8,416 nt of DNA from a virus. Its lineage: Duplodnaviria > Heunggongvirae > Uroviricota > Caudoviricetes. Made by a program: the position numbers and the translations under genes. This document shows positions 7,026 through 8,416 of this stretch, one piece after another (positions within the stretch are counted from its first letter, which is position 1; each line of letters opens with the position of its first letter). Location of the stretch: IMG/VR virus record IMGVR_UViG_2728369185_000004; one strand, 5' to 3'. The notes below the pieces were generated by a model. That model searched no databases, was not told the DNA's origin, and was given only the letters and a program-made list of their open reading frames with translations.

Positions 7026-7277
7026 TTATCGGTTTTGGCTACGCAGCATAGTACAAAACGGACAGGTGCATCCCGGGACGGGGGAGGCGTCACATGTCCC
7101 TGTGATGGTTGTTCCGGGTAATGTACTGTGTGGGGCATAAAAATGTCCGATAATTTTACTTTCTACCGCAGTTAGTTGATTCGTTGGTCCTGGTAGCACA
7201 TTGGGCGAGGATTTAAATGCCAGGCAACTGAAGGATGATGTCGCAAGGGAGATAGCGAGAATATTTCTGATTTTCAT
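7026..7277 (-). CDS. Hypothetical small secreted Cys-rich protein (83 aa precursor)
   Basis: From ATG 7277: MKIRNILAISLATSSFSCLA|FKSS... has a signal-peptide-like N-terminus. The mature part ends in a Cys cluster TGTCDASPVPGCTCPFC. AGAGG RBS about 10 nt upstream. Sits 60 nt upstream of the 59-aa ORF, suggesting a two-gene unit. Confidence 0.3.
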   Translation of the reverse strand: MKIRNILAISLATSSFSCLAFKSSPNVLPGPTNQLTAVESKIIGHFYAPHSTLPGTTITGTCDASPVPGCTCPFCTMLRSQNR

Positions 7278-7425
7278 TTGATGATGCCTCTGTGTGAAAT
7301 GACGGTAAACGACGCACTTGTGCCGGCACATAATAGCAAGCACCATAATAGATCAGATTCGATTCTTGCTGTAAGTGATAATTATTCTCGTTTTCGGGTC
7401 CTTTCCGTCGATCCAACAGGTTACG

Positions 7426-7437
7426 GGGCGGCGACCT
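7426..7437 (+). other. cosN: 12-nt cohesive-end sequence GGGCGGCGACCT, identical to lambda
   Basis: ttacg|GGGCGGCGACCT|cgcgg at 7421-7442 matches the lambda right-end/left-end junction; flanking bases also resemble lambda (CGCGGTTTTTCACTATTTATGAAAATTTT). Confidence 0.75.
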
Positions 7438-7471
7438 CGCGGTTTTTCACTATTTATGAAAATTTTTCAGG

Positions 7472-7589
7472 GAAAATCGTGTCGGTACTTCTCGAATATA
7501 ACTTTTTGTTTTTTTTAATATTGCATCCGTAAAGGTCCGACATGAAAGTGTCCGAAAATGCCTTTTTCTGGCGTTTTCATGTCGGGCCT
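7472..7589 (+). promoter_or_regulatory. cosB-like terminase small-subunit binding region (repeated R-type elements)
   Basis: Inverted pair aggtccgacatgaaa (7532-7546) and tttcatgtcgggcct (7574-7588), 14/15 complementary, plus a related copy on the opposite strand at 7474-7489 (cgtgtcggtac). Lies between cosN and the small-subunit gene, as lambda R3/R2/R1 do. Confidence 0.5.
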
Positions 7590-7613
7590 TGTATTTGATA
7601 ATGGGTTGTTTTC

Positions 7614-8162
7614 ATGAAGGTTAATAAAAAGAGGCTTGCCGAAATTTTCAACGTGGACCCGCGGACGATTGAACGCTGGCAGTCTCAGGGACTCCCTTGC
7701 GCCTCCAAAGGTAGTAAGGGCATTGAATCTGTATTTGATACTGCCATGGCAATTCAGTGGTATGCGCAGAGGGAAACTGATATCGAAAACGAAAAGCTCC
7801 GCAAAGAACTGGACGATTTGCGTGCGGCAGCGGAGTCAGATTTACAACCCGGCACCATTGACTATGAACGCTACCGGCTCACAAAAGCGCAGGCAGATGC
7901 GCAGGAACTGAAAAATGCCCGTGAAGACGGAGTAGTGCTGGAAACTGAACTGTTTACCTTCATTCTGCAACGTGTGGCACAGGAGATTTCGGGGATACTT
8001 GTGCGTGTGCCGTTGACATTACAGCGTAAATATCCGGACATTTCACCATCACACCTTGATGTGGTGAAAACTGAAATCGCGAAAGCCTCCAATGTTGCAG
8101 CTAAGGCCGGTGAAAACGTGGGCGGGTGGATCGATGATTTCAGACGCACAGAAGGCAGCTAA
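7614..8162 (+). CDS. nohD: Terminase small subunit (Nu1-like)
   Basis: [104 protein letters not shown]... closely parallels lambda Nu1, including the N-terminal winged-HTH region. Confidence 0.9.
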   Translation: MKVNKKRLAEIFNVDPRTIERWQSQGLPCASKGSKGIESVFDTAMAIQWYAQRETDIENEKLRKELDDLRAAAESDLQPGTIDYERYRLTKAQADAQELKNAREDGVVLETELFTFILQRVAQEISGILVRVPLTLQRKYPDISPSHLDVVKTEIAKASNVAAKAGENVGGWIDDFRRTEGS

Positions 8163-8416
8163 TGCAGCCGGTGCGATAGCTACAGGGCTTTTATCTCTCA
8201 TTATTCCTGTTCCACTGACGACAGTTCAGTGGGCCAATAAACATTATTACCTTCCTAAAGAGTCGTCTTATACCCCGGGGCGATGGGAAACACTGCCGTT
8301 TCAGGTTGGCATCATGAACTGTATGGGCAACGATCTGATTCGCACGGTTAACCTGATTAAATCTGCCCGTGTTGGTTATACAAAGATGTTGCTGGGAGTG
8401 GAGGCTTATTTTATTG
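8134..8416 (+). CDS. Terminase large subunit (gpA-like), 3' end outside window
   Basis: Manual translation from ATG 8134: [94 protein letters not shown] matches the lambda gpA N-terminus ([20 protein letters not shown]...KSARVGYSKMLLGV). Overlaps the small-subunit 3' end by 29 nt in another frame. Confidence 0.85.
   Translation, partial: MISDAQKAANAAGAIATGLLSLIIPVPLTTVQWANKHYYLPKESSYTPGRWETLPFQVGIMNCMGNDLIRTVNLIKSARVGYTKMLLGVEAYFI

Noticed and set aside
6869-7051. 60-aa plus-strand ORF
   Set aside because: Antisense to the small minus-strand ORFs; no RBS or motifs.
6785-7138. 117-aa long form of the minus-strand ORF
   Set aside because: Its ATG at 7138 has no RBS and it overlaps the signal-peptide ORF; the internal start at 6964 with a strong RBS is preferred, but the long form is not excluded.
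7213-7532. Track ORFs 7213..7416 (minus) and 7278..7532 (plus)
   Set aside because: They run through the cos region and promoter-like sequence; no support as genes.
7636-8149. Track ORFs 7636..7911 (plus) and 7871..8149 (minus)
   Set aside because: Alternative-frame and antisense ORFs inside the well-supported terminase small-subunit gene.
1-8416. CRISPR arrays, tRNA/rRNA genes, large defence-system genes
   Set aside because: No regularly spaced direct repeats, no tRNA-like cloverleaf candidates and no large ORFs with nuclease, ATPase or helicase motifs were seen. Every ORF longer than 200 aa here is the porin.

Overview
This window reads as the nin-to-terminase stretch of a lambdoid (DLP12-like) prophage from an enterobacterial genome. 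All protein identifications are from reading the six-frame translations against remembered lambda, phage 21/82, P22 and E. coli K-12 DLP12 proteins; no search was run. Plus-strand order: ninB (5' end outside window), an orphan Dam-like N6-adenine methyltransferase, ninE, a NinX-like protein, a ninF 5' segment joined out of frame to a ybcO-like 3' remnant, rusA, ylcG, a phage 82/21-type Q antiterminator, then a minus-strand OmpC/NmpC-family porin moron broken by a 93-nt N run, then the phage-21-type lysis cassette (dual-start pinholin, SAR endolysin, Rz with embedded Rz1). Bor follows on the minus strand, then a plus-strand lipoprotein with a clear TonB C-terminal-like domain, two small minus-strand ORFs next to cos, a lambda-identical cosN with an imperfect palindromic cosB, and the terminase small subunit and start of the large subunit. 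No CRISPR, tRNA/rRNA or IS element was seen. The least explained and most interesting parts are the bor-cos interval (TonB-C lipoprotein and the small Cys-rich secreted ORF pair) and the ninF/ybcO junction. I found no large multi-domain defence system; the candidates for something undescribed are small-protein morons and remain hypotheses.
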